This document shows, one piece after another, positions 1 to 13,121 of a stretch of DNA of 64,000 nucleotides. The stretch is from positions 12,524,001 to 12,588,000 of the forward strand of contig OZ024752.1 of the NCBI GenBank assembly GCA_964016885.1, read 5' to 3'. The notes below the pieces were generated by a model. It was not told the DNA's origin, searched no databases, and saw nothing but the letters and a program-made list of their open reading frames with translations. This DNA is from Eledone cirrhosa. Lineage: Eukaryota. Positions within the stretch are counted from its first letter, which is position 1. Every line of letters starts with the position of its first letter. A program made the translations under genes and the position numbers.

Positions 1-26
1 TATATATATATAGTATTATATATATG

Positions 27-292
27 TGTGACCTCTTCAGGCAGTCCGAATTAGTGTGGTAGAGACGAGTACACATGTTGTTGACGTGTTTAACTTTGTC
101 AATACTCTGATATGCCCAGTTCCTGGTTGGGTTGTTATTTCACTGAGGAACTGGAATCATGATTCCAGTTCCTCAGTGAAATAACAACCCAACCAGGAAC
201 TGAGCATATCAGAGTATTGACAAAATTATACACCTCAACAACATGTGTATTTGTCTATACCACACTAATTCGGACTGCCTGAAGAGGTCACA
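27..292. repeat. Spacer-less fold-back palindrome (~133-bp arms), Penelope-like pLTR-derived
   Basis: tgtgacctcttcaggcagtcc... is mirrored by ...ggactgcctgaagaggtcaca. The axis is at ggaatca|tgattcc (159/160), with few mismatches. The right arm runs into a hammerhead. Confidence 0.9.
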
Positions 293-328
293 GCCAAAGA
301 TGGCTGTCACCGAAATATATATAGCAGT
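274..328 (+). ncRNA. Type I hammerhead ribozyme
   Basis: ACTGC-CTGAAGA-stem II (ggtcacagcca/tggctgtcacc)-GAAA-TATATATA-GCAGT. Stem I is actgc/gcagt, the cleavage triplet is AUA at 321-323, and AATAAA follows at 329. Confidence 0.85.
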
Positions 329-369
329 AATAAACGAAGCCAAATTTTAAACATTTGACTTATTTATTT

Positions 370-453
<84 letters not shown>

Positions 454-931
454 ATAAAGTATTATATTGTTCCACTGTAACAACACAACTACTAATTACA
501 CCTACACTCTACTTTCTTAGTATCAAGTACTAAGCCGAAACATATACTTTCATTATCAAATAATTAATAGTATGTGGAACATGACACAGATTCTTACTCA
601 GAATTATGGAAGGAGGTATTTTTAGATACATATAAACGAAGTAGTTCCGTTGATCCTTATGATGTGCTGTCGATTGTCGCATTTGGTGGTGAATTGATGG
701 TCGTTTTAGTTCTTTTCTTTTTTCTCCCTCTTTTTGTCTATTTTTTTAAAAAAGCTAAATTTAAGATATGATGTTGTTTTATTTAAATAAATATAAAGAC
801 TTTTAAAATATTCATAGTTGTATAAATAACATTACAAATTGTTTGCAATTCTTTCGGAATGAAAATATAAACAGAGCATATAAATAAATTTACAGTAGAA
901 TAACATAACAAATATGTTTTAAATATATTAC

Positions 932-1074
932 CTCCCTCTTAGTCCAGTCAGATCAGTTTGCAAGGTGCCGCTTACTATCTGCCAGCGCCAAATACTCAGG
1001 CGACTGAGTTGATGCCCTACCCGTGGTCAACGTCGGTGGCCTACTCAGCTTGGACGAGCTTCATCTCTCCATCG
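932..1074 (+). mobile_element. CRE-clade retrotransposon internal fragment (opposite orientation to main copy)
   Basis: Matches the reverse complement of ~3660-3800. Confidence 0.75.
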
Positions 1075-1322
1075 CTCTCATATATATCCTTTTTTTTATA
1101 TCTGAACTTCATTTGAATATATAAAATTTAATTAGCGTAAAATATTACTTATGTGATAGGGTCTGGGAAAGGCACCATATGCTCCTTTAAGAATCAACAA
1201 ATGTTGGGTTGTCCCCCCGCCCCTCACATTTTAAAGACAAACGAGGCCACGTATTTCATATATGTTTGTGTATTATATGTGTGAGGTTCCTAACAATGAT
1301 TAATTGTGTGTTTTATATGTGT

Positions 1323-1381
<59 letters not shown>

Positions 1382-1650
1382 AGATCAAAAGATGGTTAAA
1401 AGAGTTCCAAGTATTTTATTATGCGCATTTATTCACGTTTATAATAACATATATAATAACATATATAATGACAATGCTTACAGGAAAGTCATAAAATCAC
1501 TTATATCAACACAAGTGGATAAGTTCCTTCAGAAAGAAAATATAAACAGAGCATATAAATAAATTTACAGTAGAATAACATAACAAATATGTTTTAAATA
1601 TATACATAAATAACATTACAAATGCCTCGGTAACACTATAAAGGATGATA

Positions 1651-2172
1651 CAATGAAAGATATATTCCTTCAATGTTACAATGTTAAAGAAAATGTAAAG
1701 GAAGGGGTGAACAACGGAGCCAACACCAGAGCAAAAGACAGCAACGTCGCGAGTACTGGGCAACCTCTCTAATGATTTTTGAGGCAAGCCAGCACACTGG
1801 CAGTGTTACCTCGGGTGATGGCGAGGCTGATGCGCTGAAACAGCCAAGCACCCTCGCGAGATTCGCCAGTCACCTTTATTAGGCGAGCCGCCAGTGAGGA
1901 AAGGAAGCTCGCAATCAGCAGCCCGACTCCCCCAAACGTCTCGAAAGCCACAGGCTGAAAAATGTAGCTGGCCGACAGAGCAGAGTATTTGAGGGTCTTA
2001 TTCCGCTCGGCTGCAGAAGCTGTGGCTCTCGTCCTAACCGCTGCATCCAGGATGTGGGAAAGAGCAAATGAGTCACTAACAGTGACGTCCCGGACAAGGC
2101 ACCTGCCTCTCGACCAAGAGCACAGGGTAAGACCGTCAGGTCTTTTGCCGTCACTTCTGGACAACCCAGATG
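1651..2172 (-). mobile_element. CRE-clade retrotransposon 3' fragment (RLE domain + 3' UTR), duplicate of ~2966-3492
   Basis: Encodes LSRSDGKRPDGLTL..W..GRCLV.DVT..D...FQRISLAITRGN and is near-identical to 2966-3492. Confidence 0.85.
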
Positions 2173-2965
2173 GTTGTTCATTCTGTAAGGATTTGTAATG
2201 ATATTTATACAACAGCGAATAATAAAAATATAAACATTTAAAAACAGTTTTGTATCGTATAACCTAGGGCGGTTTGTTTCACTAACGTGGTTTATAAGTT
2301 GTTTATCGTCTGTTAGTCACAATTTTATAGTCGGTTTTTGGGGTCCTTTCACATCCTTCCATTCTGTCCGCCGGGGCTGTGGGTGGGCCCCATCGCGTAC
2401 TGTTGTAGTTGTAGAAGAAACAGGAAAACAACATCTAACCTAATATGTACTTCCTTTACAATAGTGGAAGAGGTTTTTATTTTCTGAGCGTAACTTTTTT
2501 TACATCTCTCTCTCTCTTACTCCCCCTCACTCTCTCTTCATATATCTCTCTTACTCTTTCTTCCCCTCACTCTCTCTTCATATATCTCTCTTACTCTTTC
2601 TCCCCCTCACTCTCTCTCACTCTCTTTACCTCCTCTTTCTTACTCTTACGACCTTACTAAACAAATACTCACTGTAGTGCTGAAAGAGGTAGAGAGAAAG
2701 AGATGACGCGGAATATTATTTAATGCGATTTACACAACCAGAGAGACAGACAGGGGACAAGACAAACAGTGTGAGACCTCACAAATATTATACATCGTAT
2801 AATAAGTTCCTAACAATGATTAATTGTGTGTTTTATATGTTCATTCTGTAAGGATTTGTACTGATAATTATACAACAGTGAATAATAAAAATATAAACAT
2901 TTAAAAACAGTTTTGTATCGTATAACCTAGGGCGGCGCATTAGATAATTTACACACGGTAATGTG

Positions 2966-5395
2966 TAATGAAAGATGTATTCTTTTAATGTTACAATATT
3001 AAAGAAAATGTAAAGGAAGGGGTGAACAACCGAGCCAACACCAGAGCAAAAGACAGCAACGTCGCGAGTACTGGGAAACCTCTCTAATGATTTTTGAGGC
3101 AAGCCAGCACACTCGCAGCGTTGCCTAGGGTGATGGCGAGGCTGATGCGCTGAAACAGCCAAGCACCCACGCGAGATTCGCCAGTTACCTCTATTAGGCG
3201 AGCCGCCAGTGAAGAGAGGAACCTCGCAGTCAGCGGCCCGACTCCCCCAAACCTCTCGAAAGCCACAGGCTGAAAAATGTAGCTGGCCGACAGATCAGAG
3301 TATTTGAGGGTCTTACTCCGCTCGACTGCAGAAGCTGTAGCTCTCGTCCTAACCGCAGCATCCAGGATGTGGGAAAGAGCAAAAGAGTCACTAACAGTGA
3401 CGTCCCAGACAAGGCACCTGCCTCTCGACCAGGGGGGCACAGGGTAAGGCCGTCAGATCTTTTGCCGCTACTTCTGGACAACCCAGATGGTTCCAAGACT
3501 GAGGAGATATTCGCCCGGGCCAAAGCTCTCTTCAGAATGAGGTTTAGCTCCGTGTGACGCACGGCCGGCATTCAGGCGGCAAGAAAGACCGTGGAGGCTT
3601 ATAGAGTGGAGGAGTTTGCCACCTCAAACCCATGCAGAGGTCAGCTCCCACTCTGAGGCCGATGGAGACACGAAGTTCGTCCAGGCTGAGTAGGCCACCA
3701 ACGTTGGCCATGGGTAGGGCATCGACCCAGTCACCTGAGTATTTGGCGCTGGCAGATAGTAAGCGGCGCCTTGCAAACTGATCTGACTGGACGAAGAGGG
3801 AGTCAAAGGTGGCCTTCGAACTTATGCTGTCCCAAGCTCTCTGACTTCGACTGTCCTCCACCTTCTCAGGAAGAGACAAGCCCAACTCACTCCATTGCTG
3901 GAGAGCTTCATCCAACTCCCTGTTGGAACTAGTCCATGTTGGGGAGGAGAGGATGCTGCTCACCAGGGTGGAGCAAGCGTGGATGGAGGAAAGAAAGCAG
4001 GGGAGAGAGAGGGACGAACACTTACGAAGACCAAGACCCCCAAATCGCTTGGGCAACGCAGCCTGAGCGCGGGACTCCGGAGAGAGTCTAACATTGACCA
4101 GACACTCGAGTCTCTTGAAGATTAGGTCGTCGAAGCGGAGGCAGGACGGAAATCTGTGAGAGGGGCTGACCCTGAGCAGATACAGAAGCTTAGGAATAGA
4201 CAGGTAGTTCCTGAGTAAGAAGAAACCTTGATGGGGTTCGATAACTTTGATATTCCTCAGCAGCTGCTCAAGGCCAACCATCTTCGATTGGAAGGTTGAC
4301 TCGAAGGTCAGGTCTGTGATTGGGGCTCCTAAGGAGACCAAGCCAATGGGGGAGGGACCGCGATGGAAGGGAAGGACTCTGCGAACCGGTCGATCAGCTG
4401 TTGGTGTTGAGAAGCCGGGTGGTTGAGGATCGAGAGCTCATATTTGGAGCTATTGATCTGGAGACCCCGACGGCCAAGCTCCTCCACCATCCTGTTGGCA
4501 GTGGCGAGAACCTTATCCGGAGTTCCCCCCAAACAGGCGGCGTCGAGGTACCAGACATTGAGGTTCAACTCAACCCCCATCTTGGTGACGTCATCATTGC
4601 CCAGTGCAAACAATGCGGGCCCGAGTGGGTCACCCTGTTGGACTCCTGAGGCAGAGGTGATGATCTGGTCACCGAAAGAGATGTAGGAGGGCTCCCGATA
4701 AGCCTGCCAAGCAAAGTGGTAGAGTTGTGGGACCCTCTCCCTTACTGAGCCGAGGACTATGTCGCGGCTGACGGAGTTGAAGGCATTCCTGAGGTCAAGT
4801 TTGAGGATGACCCTGGGGGACGAGGAGGGCAAGTTGGTAAATGCTCTGGCAGTATGGACAGCAGCCTCACATCCCAACCTGGTACCCACCCCCAGCTGGA
4901 TGGGGGAAAATTCCTCCGCCAGTGAGTCGGAGACCAACAGCAAACACGCCTTTGCAGCGAGGCGGAGAAGGGTGCAGCCAACCGCAATGGGGCGCAGGTC
5001 CCCGTGGGCTTGGTGAGACCAAATAGCTTCGCACCGAAGAACAGTTGGCGGATGAACGGCAAAACGTTCACTGAAGAGAACTGATTCACAAACTGAGTCA
5101 GACTCTCCAAGAGCTCGAGTCCAACGTCACCGGCCGATAAGGAGATACCATCCTTGAGGTGTTGAGGACGAAGGCCATCAATTCCCGCACCTGACCCAGC
5201 GGGGAAGGATGAAATCGTCTTTCTGATGATATCGGTGGTGTAAACTGGTCTCAAGTATTCTGGTGGTTCGGGCCAATGTAGCTGATCATCTGGGGGTGCC
5301 GATGGGTGCTTCTCCTTCAGACGCTCAAGAGAACCAGAGTTGCACGGAGCAAGGGAGGACAAGAGAAGAGAGGAGACAGACAGCCCCTTTAATGT
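2966..5395 (-). mobile_element. 5'-truncated, frameshifted CRE-clade non-LTR retrotransposon (RT + restriction-like endonuclease)
   Basis: Consecutive ORF pieces: GSGAGIDGLRPQHL; QLGVG...KLDLRNAFNS...GVQQGDPLGP...WYLD (RT); LP.RFGGLGL; RHTELN...EPSGL...D.LT..WDVT...FQRISLAI (PD-(D/E)xK RLE). Confidence 0.85.
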
Positions 5396-5414
5396 AAAAT
5401 TTGCTGAATTTCTG

Positions 5415-5492
5415 GCCGTTTCGACGATTAATTCTGTCCAGAATTAGCCGTCGAAACGGCTTAAGCTCTGCCGTCGGGGTCATACTTGTTCC

Positions 5493-5494
<2 letters not shown>
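5415..5494. repeat. Fold-back element carrying the 3' half of a hammerhead (GAAA-stem III-GUC)
   Basis: gccgtttcgacg...cgtcgaaacggc palindrome; same family as 22264 and 27853. Confidence 0.7.
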
Positions 5495-5532
<38 letters not shown>

Positions 5533-5547
5533 TACAAATATATATAC

Positions 5548-5589
<42 letters not shown>

Positions 5590-5593
<4 letters not shown>

Positions 5594-6270
5594 GAACTAA
5601 GGGAAAAATTAGGAATAAGAGGAATCAGATGTTGTTTACTCAAGAGAAAGCTACGTTGGTATGGTCACGTGATGCGCATGAAAGACGACAGCTGTATAAA
5701 AAAGTGCAGGGCAATAAAAATAGATGGTAGCCACGGAGTAGGTAGACCCAGAAAAACCTGGGACGACTTGATAAATTCCGACCTCACACACTTACACCTC
5801 TCCAAGACAATGTCACTGGACCGAAATCTTTGGCGCTACACAGTAATACAGAAGACCCGCCTTGCCTAAGTACAAAGTGAAACCTACTACAGTCAGTAGG
5901 CACCTCGTAACAAAAATACACCCTGTCCCACTACCCCCACCCCATCCACACCACCCCTTTCAATGTAAAGTTACGTTGGTGTCACAACATCCAGGCCGAA
6001 ACAAATGAGGTCGTGTAGGTGTCACGACAAAAAAAAACACACAGTCCACGCTGTAATGTGGCCGTGTAGGTAACACGGTAAAAACCTCCCAGTCCACACT
6101 GTAAACGTGGTTGGTTTTAGGAAGGGCATCCAGCCGTAGAAAACCTGCCAGATAGTCCTATATGAGCAAGACGACCACTCTTGCCTCAAGTGGGAAAACT
6201 CCCGTCCAAGCCCATGCTAGCGTGGAAGATGGACGTTAAACGATGATGATGATGATGATGATGATAATGA
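5590..6270 (+). mobile_element. RTE-clade LINE 3' end with (TGA)n tail
   Basis: [11 protein letters not shown]...[10 protein letters not shown]...GRPRKTW, then a 3' UTR ending cccatgctagc...ggacgttaaac(gat)n. Confidence 0.85.
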
Positions 6271-6342
6271 TATATATATATGATCCCGTTAAGGGTGAAA
6301 GCAGCGATTCTTTGCTTAAACTGTAATCTGTTATTTTAATAA

Positions 6343-6389
<47 letters not shown>

Positions 6390-6517
6390 AAAGTTCTATT
6401 TAAATTATTGGGATACAACAAGCAAATATTTTTATAACTGATATAAAGCACTCAACAAGTATTTGGAGTAAACATACGATATTAACAAATGGAAACTATA
6501 TTTATAAAACCATATCT

Positions 6518-6580
6518 ATTTTATTATACATATTTCAAGGACACCACATTAAATTATGGTGTGCTTTCATCAGACAAAAT
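6518..6580 (-). ncRNA. Type I hammerhead ribozyme (family B)
   Basis: Minus strand: attttgt-CTGATGA-aagcacacca/tggtgtcctt-GAAA-tatgtata-ataaaat. Confidence 0.8.
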
Positions 6581-6913
6581 ACAATATAGATCAGTTTTAT
6601 AAATAAATATTGACATACCCTTAAAAAATGCAACCATTAGCAGAGTTGTTAGAACGTCAGATAGAATATTTTGCAGCATTCGTTCCGGCTCTCTGCCCTT
6701 TGAGTTCAAATCCTGCCGAGGTTAACTTTGCCTTTTCATCCAATCATCGTAGATAGTCGATTAAAAAAAAAGTACGTCTAGTACCGCGGTAGATTCTTCC
6801 TCTACATCTCTCACTTTCTCATTCTCTATATCCTTTTCTTGAAGAAATCTGCTGTATTCAGACCAGGAGATGTGATGGACTCAGCCAGGTTTTTAAATGC
6901 CCCTCATTATCAA

Positions 6914-7135
6914 GGGTGGTGACTTGGCAGTATCGGTAGAGAGTCGGACACCATGCTTTGCAACATAGAGTTACGGCCCTTTGCGGCCCGAGTTCAAATC
7001 CTGTCGAGGTTAACTTTGCCTTTCATCCTTACGGGGTCGATAAAATAAAGTACCAGTCACACACTGGGGTCGAGTTGATCGACCTTCCTCTTCTACCAAA
7101 ATTGCTGGCCTTGTGCCTATACTAAAATCCATTAT
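6914..7135 (+). mobile_element. tRNA-derived SINE (representative; many more copies at ~8150, 8420, 13215-13400, 34440-34620, 42760-42980, 45690-46270, 49800, 55330, 62870)
   Basis: A-box-like tggcagtatcggtag, B-box gagttcaaatcc, and conserved core gcctttcatccttacggggtcgataaaataaagtaccagt (resembles the Meta/MESC SINE domain from memory). Confidence 0.8.
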
Positions 7136-7244
7136 CTATTTCTTATTTTTATCTTCACCTCTTTTTTTCATTCTTATTACCTTACTAACAAATGCTCCCT
7201 TCCTATTGTTTATAGAAGGTCTGCTGATGTGCTGAGGGAAGAGA

Positions 7245-7368
7245 GAGTGAGTGTATGTGTGTGTGTGTGTGTGGTGTGCGTGTGTGTGTGTGTGTGTGGT
7301 GTGTGTGTGCGTGCGTGTGTGTGTGTGTGTGAGTGCGTGTATGTGTCTGAGTGTGTGTGTATGTGTGT

Positions 7369-7409
<41 letters not shown>

Positions 7410-7607
7410 AGTGTGTGTGTGTGTGTGAGTGTGTGTGTGTGAGTGTGTGTGTGTGTGAGTGCGTGTATGTGTCTGAGTGTGTGTGTGTGTGTGAGTGTGT
7501 GTATGTGTCTGAGTGTGTGTGTGTATGTGTGTGTGTATGTGTGTGTGTATGTGTGTGTGAGTATGTGCATGTGTGTGTGAGTGTGTGTGTGTGTGAATGT
7601 GTGTGTA
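7245..7607. repeat. (GT)n-rich compound microsatellite
   Basis: Direct inspection; this is the source of the His/Thr and Cys/Val ORFs. Confidence 0.95.
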
Positions 7608-7931
7608 ATGCTTTCTGATTTAGGCTCAAAGCCAACAATTTTAGGGGGAAGGGAAAGTCAATGAATCGACCCCATTACGTTACTGGAATTTTATTTGATC
7701 GACCCTGTAAGGATGAAAGGTAAAGTTAAGACCGTAAAGGAGGATGTAAGAGATGATGTATAATAAAATAGGATTTTCATGACCAAGGAGACCGAGAAAG
7801 GAGGAAGACGATGAAAAACTGTGACATGACAAATATTTTACACACAGTAATGTGTAATTAGATAAGACTTATAAGAAAGTGGGTTAGAGGAATATAATAG
7901 ATATTAAGCAAGGAAAAGCGAACGTAAAATG

Positions 7932-7971
<40 letters not shown>

Positions 7972-8591
7972 GGAGAGAACCTATGAGAAAGGAGGATTAG
8001 AGGAATAGAATAGATAAAAGATTGATATATATATTCGCCAACACTACACCTGATGGCCCCAACACTACACCTGATGTCCCCCTCCATACACATGCACACA
8101 TGTATTTCATGGTTCATTTTCCTGACATTTGAACATTATGCTATGTACGGTGGATTGGCAGTATCGGTAGAGGGTCGGACGCCATGCTTTGCAGCACAGT
8201 TACGCCCCTTTATGGACTGAGTTCAAATCCCGCCGAGGTTAACTTTGCCTTTCATCCTTACGGGGGTCAATAAAATAAACTACCAGTAATACACTTGGAT
8301 AATTGCTGGCCTTGTGCCAAAAAGTAGAAACAATTATTCTATGTACTATACATGCACCTTTGATGAGTTGTAGTGCACCTGAGCACTGTACACAATAATT
8401 TCATTATTATTATTATTATATATCGGTAGAGGGTCGGACGCCATGCTTTGACGCATAGAGTTACGGCCCTTGCCATTCTGAGTTCAAATCCCGCCGAGGT
8501 TAACTTTGCCTTTCATCCTTACGGGGTCGATAAAATAAAGTACCAGTAATGCACTGGGTAATTGCTGGCTTTGTGCCAAAAGTAGAAACAG

Positions 8592-8690
<99 letters not shown>

Positions 8691-8830
8691 CAACGATTCT
8701 TTGCTTAAACTTTAATCTGTTATTTTAATAAATATATATATATGTAATCTGGGTTTTTCAAATATTAATAAGAACATTCAATTTGTTTCCAATTATGCAA
8801 ACAAGCCTCAATTTTATAGCCATGTCAGTA

Positions 8831-8874
<44 letters not shown>

Positions 8875-8877
8875 ATA

Positions 8878-8930
<53 letters not shown>

Positions 8931-8961
8931 CTGACATATATATATATATATATATTATACT

Positions 8962-8998
<37 letters not shown>

Positions 8999-9024
8999 CT
9001 GACATATATATATATATATACTGA

Positions 9025-9107
<83 letters not shown>

Positions 9108-9112
9108 CTGAC

Positions 9113-9143
<31 letters not shown>

Positions 9144-9399
9144 ACCCATGAAAAAGGAGGATTAGAGGAATAAAATAAAGAGAGAGATAGGGAGAGAGAA
9201 AGAGAGAGAAAACCTATGAGAAAGGGGTTAAGAGAAATATAATAGATAAAGAGAGAGGGAGAGAGAGGGGTAAAGAGAAAGAGGTGCAGGGAAAGGGAAG
9301 TAGAGCGATTAAAATAGAAAAAATGCTGTTCATTTAAAATACTGTATTGGTGACATTCTTGACCCCCAGAGCATAACTCACTGCTATTGGAGCAGAGTT

Positions 9400-9490
9400 G
9401 GCTGCTCACAGCCCCACAAGCTGGAGTCGCTCTTCCAGCATGTCTTCCTTGCCATCCTCCGGGGCAATGTCTTCTCCATCCTGTCAGTCA
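9400..9490 (+). mobile_element. Diverged CRE-like 3'-end remnant
   Basis: Translates to LFQHVFLAILRGNVFSIL, similar to LFQRISLAITRGN. Confidence 0.5.
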
Positions 9491-10400
9491 GACCACAAGG
9501 CAGACTGACCCTTAAGTTTCAGTTATGGTGGTGACATGTGGATTAGATTTACAAGACTTGGGATGAGATGATAAAAACTAACCTATATATATATATATTA
9601 AGAATAACAGTAATAATAATAAATGTGAAGACTAAAATTCGAAGAGGGCTCAACAAGGATAATATATATATAAAATATATAAAACCATAGAGCAAATATT
9701 TATTAAAATAACAGATTAAAGTTTAAGCAAAGAATCGCTGCTTTCACCCTTAACGCGATCTTCTGAAACTAAAAAAAAATCAATCTGTGAACGGAGAAGT
9801 AAATATTTCGAAAAACGTTGCAACAAAAGGAAAACAGGAAGACGATACTTTGGTTCGTGAGGACGTTCCCTGGCAATGAACGGAAACAAATTTATATATA
9901 TATATATATACACCTGAAGAGGGGATAGTCTTTATATGTCACTACTGTGCCCCTGTAACTCTATCAGGAATTAAGGGTCTTTACATATATATATATATAT
10001 ATTTTTGCAAACACCAAGTAGCGCTGGAGCCACTTTTTTAACATAAAAACAGTCTTGGCGCAAAATCAATTTTTTACATTCACATGACCTCTACCGACCA
10101 ATCAAAATTGTTTTGACCACAAGAATTTTTGCAACACCAAAGTAACGCTGGAGCCACTTTTTTAACATAAAAACAGGTAGAATTCCCAAAACTAATCAGA
10201 TCAGAGCAAACAGCACGGACACTCTATCTCAAAATTATTTTTGAAAAGCATTTAGAAATGCGCAACCGGTAAAAGCTTAAAAACTTAAAACCACAACTGA
10301 ATACTAACCCATACAATCACTAATACTCTTTTATTCCTAATTAAACCATTTTTCAACTGTGAACAATTTGTCAGCATTTTCTATTCCGTTTACCAATATA

Positions 10401-10496
<96 letters not shown>

Positions 10497-11704
10497 TAGA
10501 GTGATTTTAGAGCACCTGTAGCTGAACAGAATAAAAACTTTATAATACTAGGAATTATCAACAAAATATTTTTTTCATTCTGTGGTGTTCGAGACATTTG
10601 TGGGTGCTGGGCTGTTTGTTAACCAAGAGCTTCTTGTCTTTGTTTGTGGCACATTTTACAAATGCATCAAGTGAGGCTCCTAATTAGGGTGCTTGGTTAT
10701 TCCAGCTTCTTAACCTTGCTGTCACCTTGTCACCTGTAGTAATCCTGTAAGTACCATATTTCCCGGCGCCGAAGGCGCTTCATCCTCGAGGACACCCCTT
10801 AATTTTGACAACCAAAAATTTGAAAAAAAATAATTGTTTCTACTTTAGGCACAAGGCCAGCAATTACCCAGTGCATTACTGGTACTTTATTTTATCGACC
10901 TCGTAAATAAACAATCTTTGGCCTCGAGGATGCATGGTAGATGCATAGTAGATTTTTTAGGCTTATTTTAGGAAAAAAGTAGTATCTTCGACATTAGGAA
11001 GTACAGTATGTTGGTTTGCCTCGTAATTTGACAGACAGAAACTTCAGCATATCCTTATATATAATTGTCTGTGCATGGCTTCCCACAATTGTCCTCTTAT
11101 TTGTTCTAATTATATAAATTGTGTTTATTTACATGCATAATTATGTGAAATGAAAACAAACACTTTCTATTTATAGATCTCTACACAGACACTAAATTAT
11201 TGTTTTGTTTTTTCTTTTCTTTTTAATCTCAGATTAAAATGGGGGGGGGGGGGAAGAAATAATATAAAGTAGATACAATTTAACATGGATATGTTTTGAT
11301 TCACATAGAAGCATGCATAAATAAACTTAGTAGAGTTGTTAGAACATCAGATAGTATGTTTTGTGGTATTCGTTTACACTTTCTGCTCTCTGAGTTTGAA
11401 TCCTGCTGAGGTCAACTTTGCCTTTCATCCATTCGTGATTGATAAAACAGTACCAGTCCTGCACTGGGGTCCATTCTTCCTCTATATCTCTTTCTCACTT
11501 CCATTCTCTCTCACTCTCTTTCCTTCTCTGGAAGAAATCTGCTGTATTCAGACGTGAAGAGGGGATGGGTTCTGCCAGGTTTTAAAATGCCCTAAAAATG
11601 CTGTATGTAGATACAGCGCCCCTACGACTCCAATAGGAGTTACGGGACCATGCACACTAATTCCTATATCTCATAAATAAATTTATTCCGACTTTTGTGC
11701 TAAT

Positions 11705-12015
11705 GCCTTCATCATCATTTTACGTCCGTTTTTCCCTGCTTGCAAGGGTGGGACGGGTCCTCTTCAGCACAGCATCTCTCCATTCGTCACGGTCCTTCGT
11801 TATCTCCGTGAGTTTCAGCGATCTGTGGTCAGCTCTCACCACATCTGCCCATGTTTTTCGTGGTCTACCTCTACCACGTCTTCCTTCAACTGGCATTTCC
11901 TGGCACTTCTTCACCCAGCGGTCATCCTCCATATGCATCACATGTCCATACCATCTCAGTCTTCTCTCCTGCACACCACAACTTATGCCTCTTATACCCA
12001 GTTTCTTATTTCTGG
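11705..12015 (-). mobile_element. RTE LINE 3' fragment
   Basis: [23 protein letters not shown]...GRGRPRKTW plus a (tga)n tail. Confidence 0.85.
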
Positions 12016-12529
12016 TAATTTATTTCAATAAAATATAAACAAACAATTTATATGAAAATGTTTTGAGACAAACCAACACACATGTAGCATTGTCTTGGGT
12101 GACAAGTTGGCTAAGACACTGAAATAACCAAACATCACTTGCTATGTCAATAAGATGAACTGCTAACAATGACAAGAAGTTCATAGTCAATAGCCCAGCT
12201 TCCCCAAATATCTTGTTATATCAACAAACATTGTGCATATGTAGCCAATCCCTTGGACTTTTACGGAGTGTTAGGGGGATAAAGTTGCCAGTGGCATCTC
12301 ATGGCAACTTCCTTTTCTGTCTTTAAGGGTTTTTACCCTATTTTATAGCATCTCCACACATGAGCACGTCATTCTTTATATTATCTTGTTTCATATTTAT
12401 TTTGGTCTTTGTAAGAAGAGATTAACCACAGGTCAGCCCTTGTTGAGCTGAACTATAATCAATGATATTATGTAGGTGGTTGGGACCCTACGGGGTAACA
12501 TCAACCCAAACTTTAATGCCACTTCCTAT

Positions 12530-13060
12530 AATGGAAGACAATTTCCTTCTTCATCTTTGTCCACATATTCCTGGAAGGGGTCATGGGGGCAGGGTCTTCA
12601 AACACTCAGAGGGTCCTGTCAGAAGCAACAGTCTCCAACTGATCTGGCTGGATCCCCAACTGAGACCAGCCCAGCTCATGGATGTTATCCAACCATCTTG
12701 CTCGGGGTCTACCTCTGGATCTCCTACTGGTTGGTTTTGCCCATAAAAATCTGTCCAGCGATTCTTTCCTGAGACATTCTAACCGCATGCCTATAATATC
12801 GGAGCTGTGATCTCTCAATTTGGAGAAGTAGAAGCTCTACCTGGAGTGAGCCTCTGATCTCCAAGCCACACACTCTACCGAGTAATGTTACTCCAAAGAC
12901 ACTTTGGAGGAGCCCCCATTTCAGCCACCTGTATTCGCAATTATATTCTTTCGGTCATTACCCAAGATTCATGACCATAGGTAAGGGTTGGCACAAATAC
13001 TGAATTGAAGATAGCGAGTTTGTCTTTTACACCATTCCTTCTGATTACCGAATGCTGCAG
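12530..13060 (-). mobile_element. RTE-type LINE 3' fragment (second family; also ~46275-46860, 49150-49480, 29440-29560)
   Basis: RRSRGRPRARWLDNIHELGWSQLGIQPDQLETVASDR. Confidence 0.7.
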
Positions 13061-13121
13061 CTGATGCATCATAGTCCCTTTGCTATCTTTTTATTTTTTT
13101 CAAGAAATGTGTACTCTAGAC

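Noticed and set aside
6920-7010. tRNA genes at A/B-box motifs
   Set aside because: These are SINE heads joined to the SINE core; no full cloverleaf.
7136-7638. His/Thr- and Cys/Val-rich ORFs (likewise the YI/IY ORFs at 8.8, 15.7, 17, 24 and 28 kb)
   Set aside because: Translations of (GT)n and (TA)n microsatellites.
9914-9960. Hammerhead-like remnants with broken cores (also 18732-18767, ~35340-35372, 16080)
   Set aside because: GAAA or CUGANGA is mutated or truncated; cannot be supported individually.
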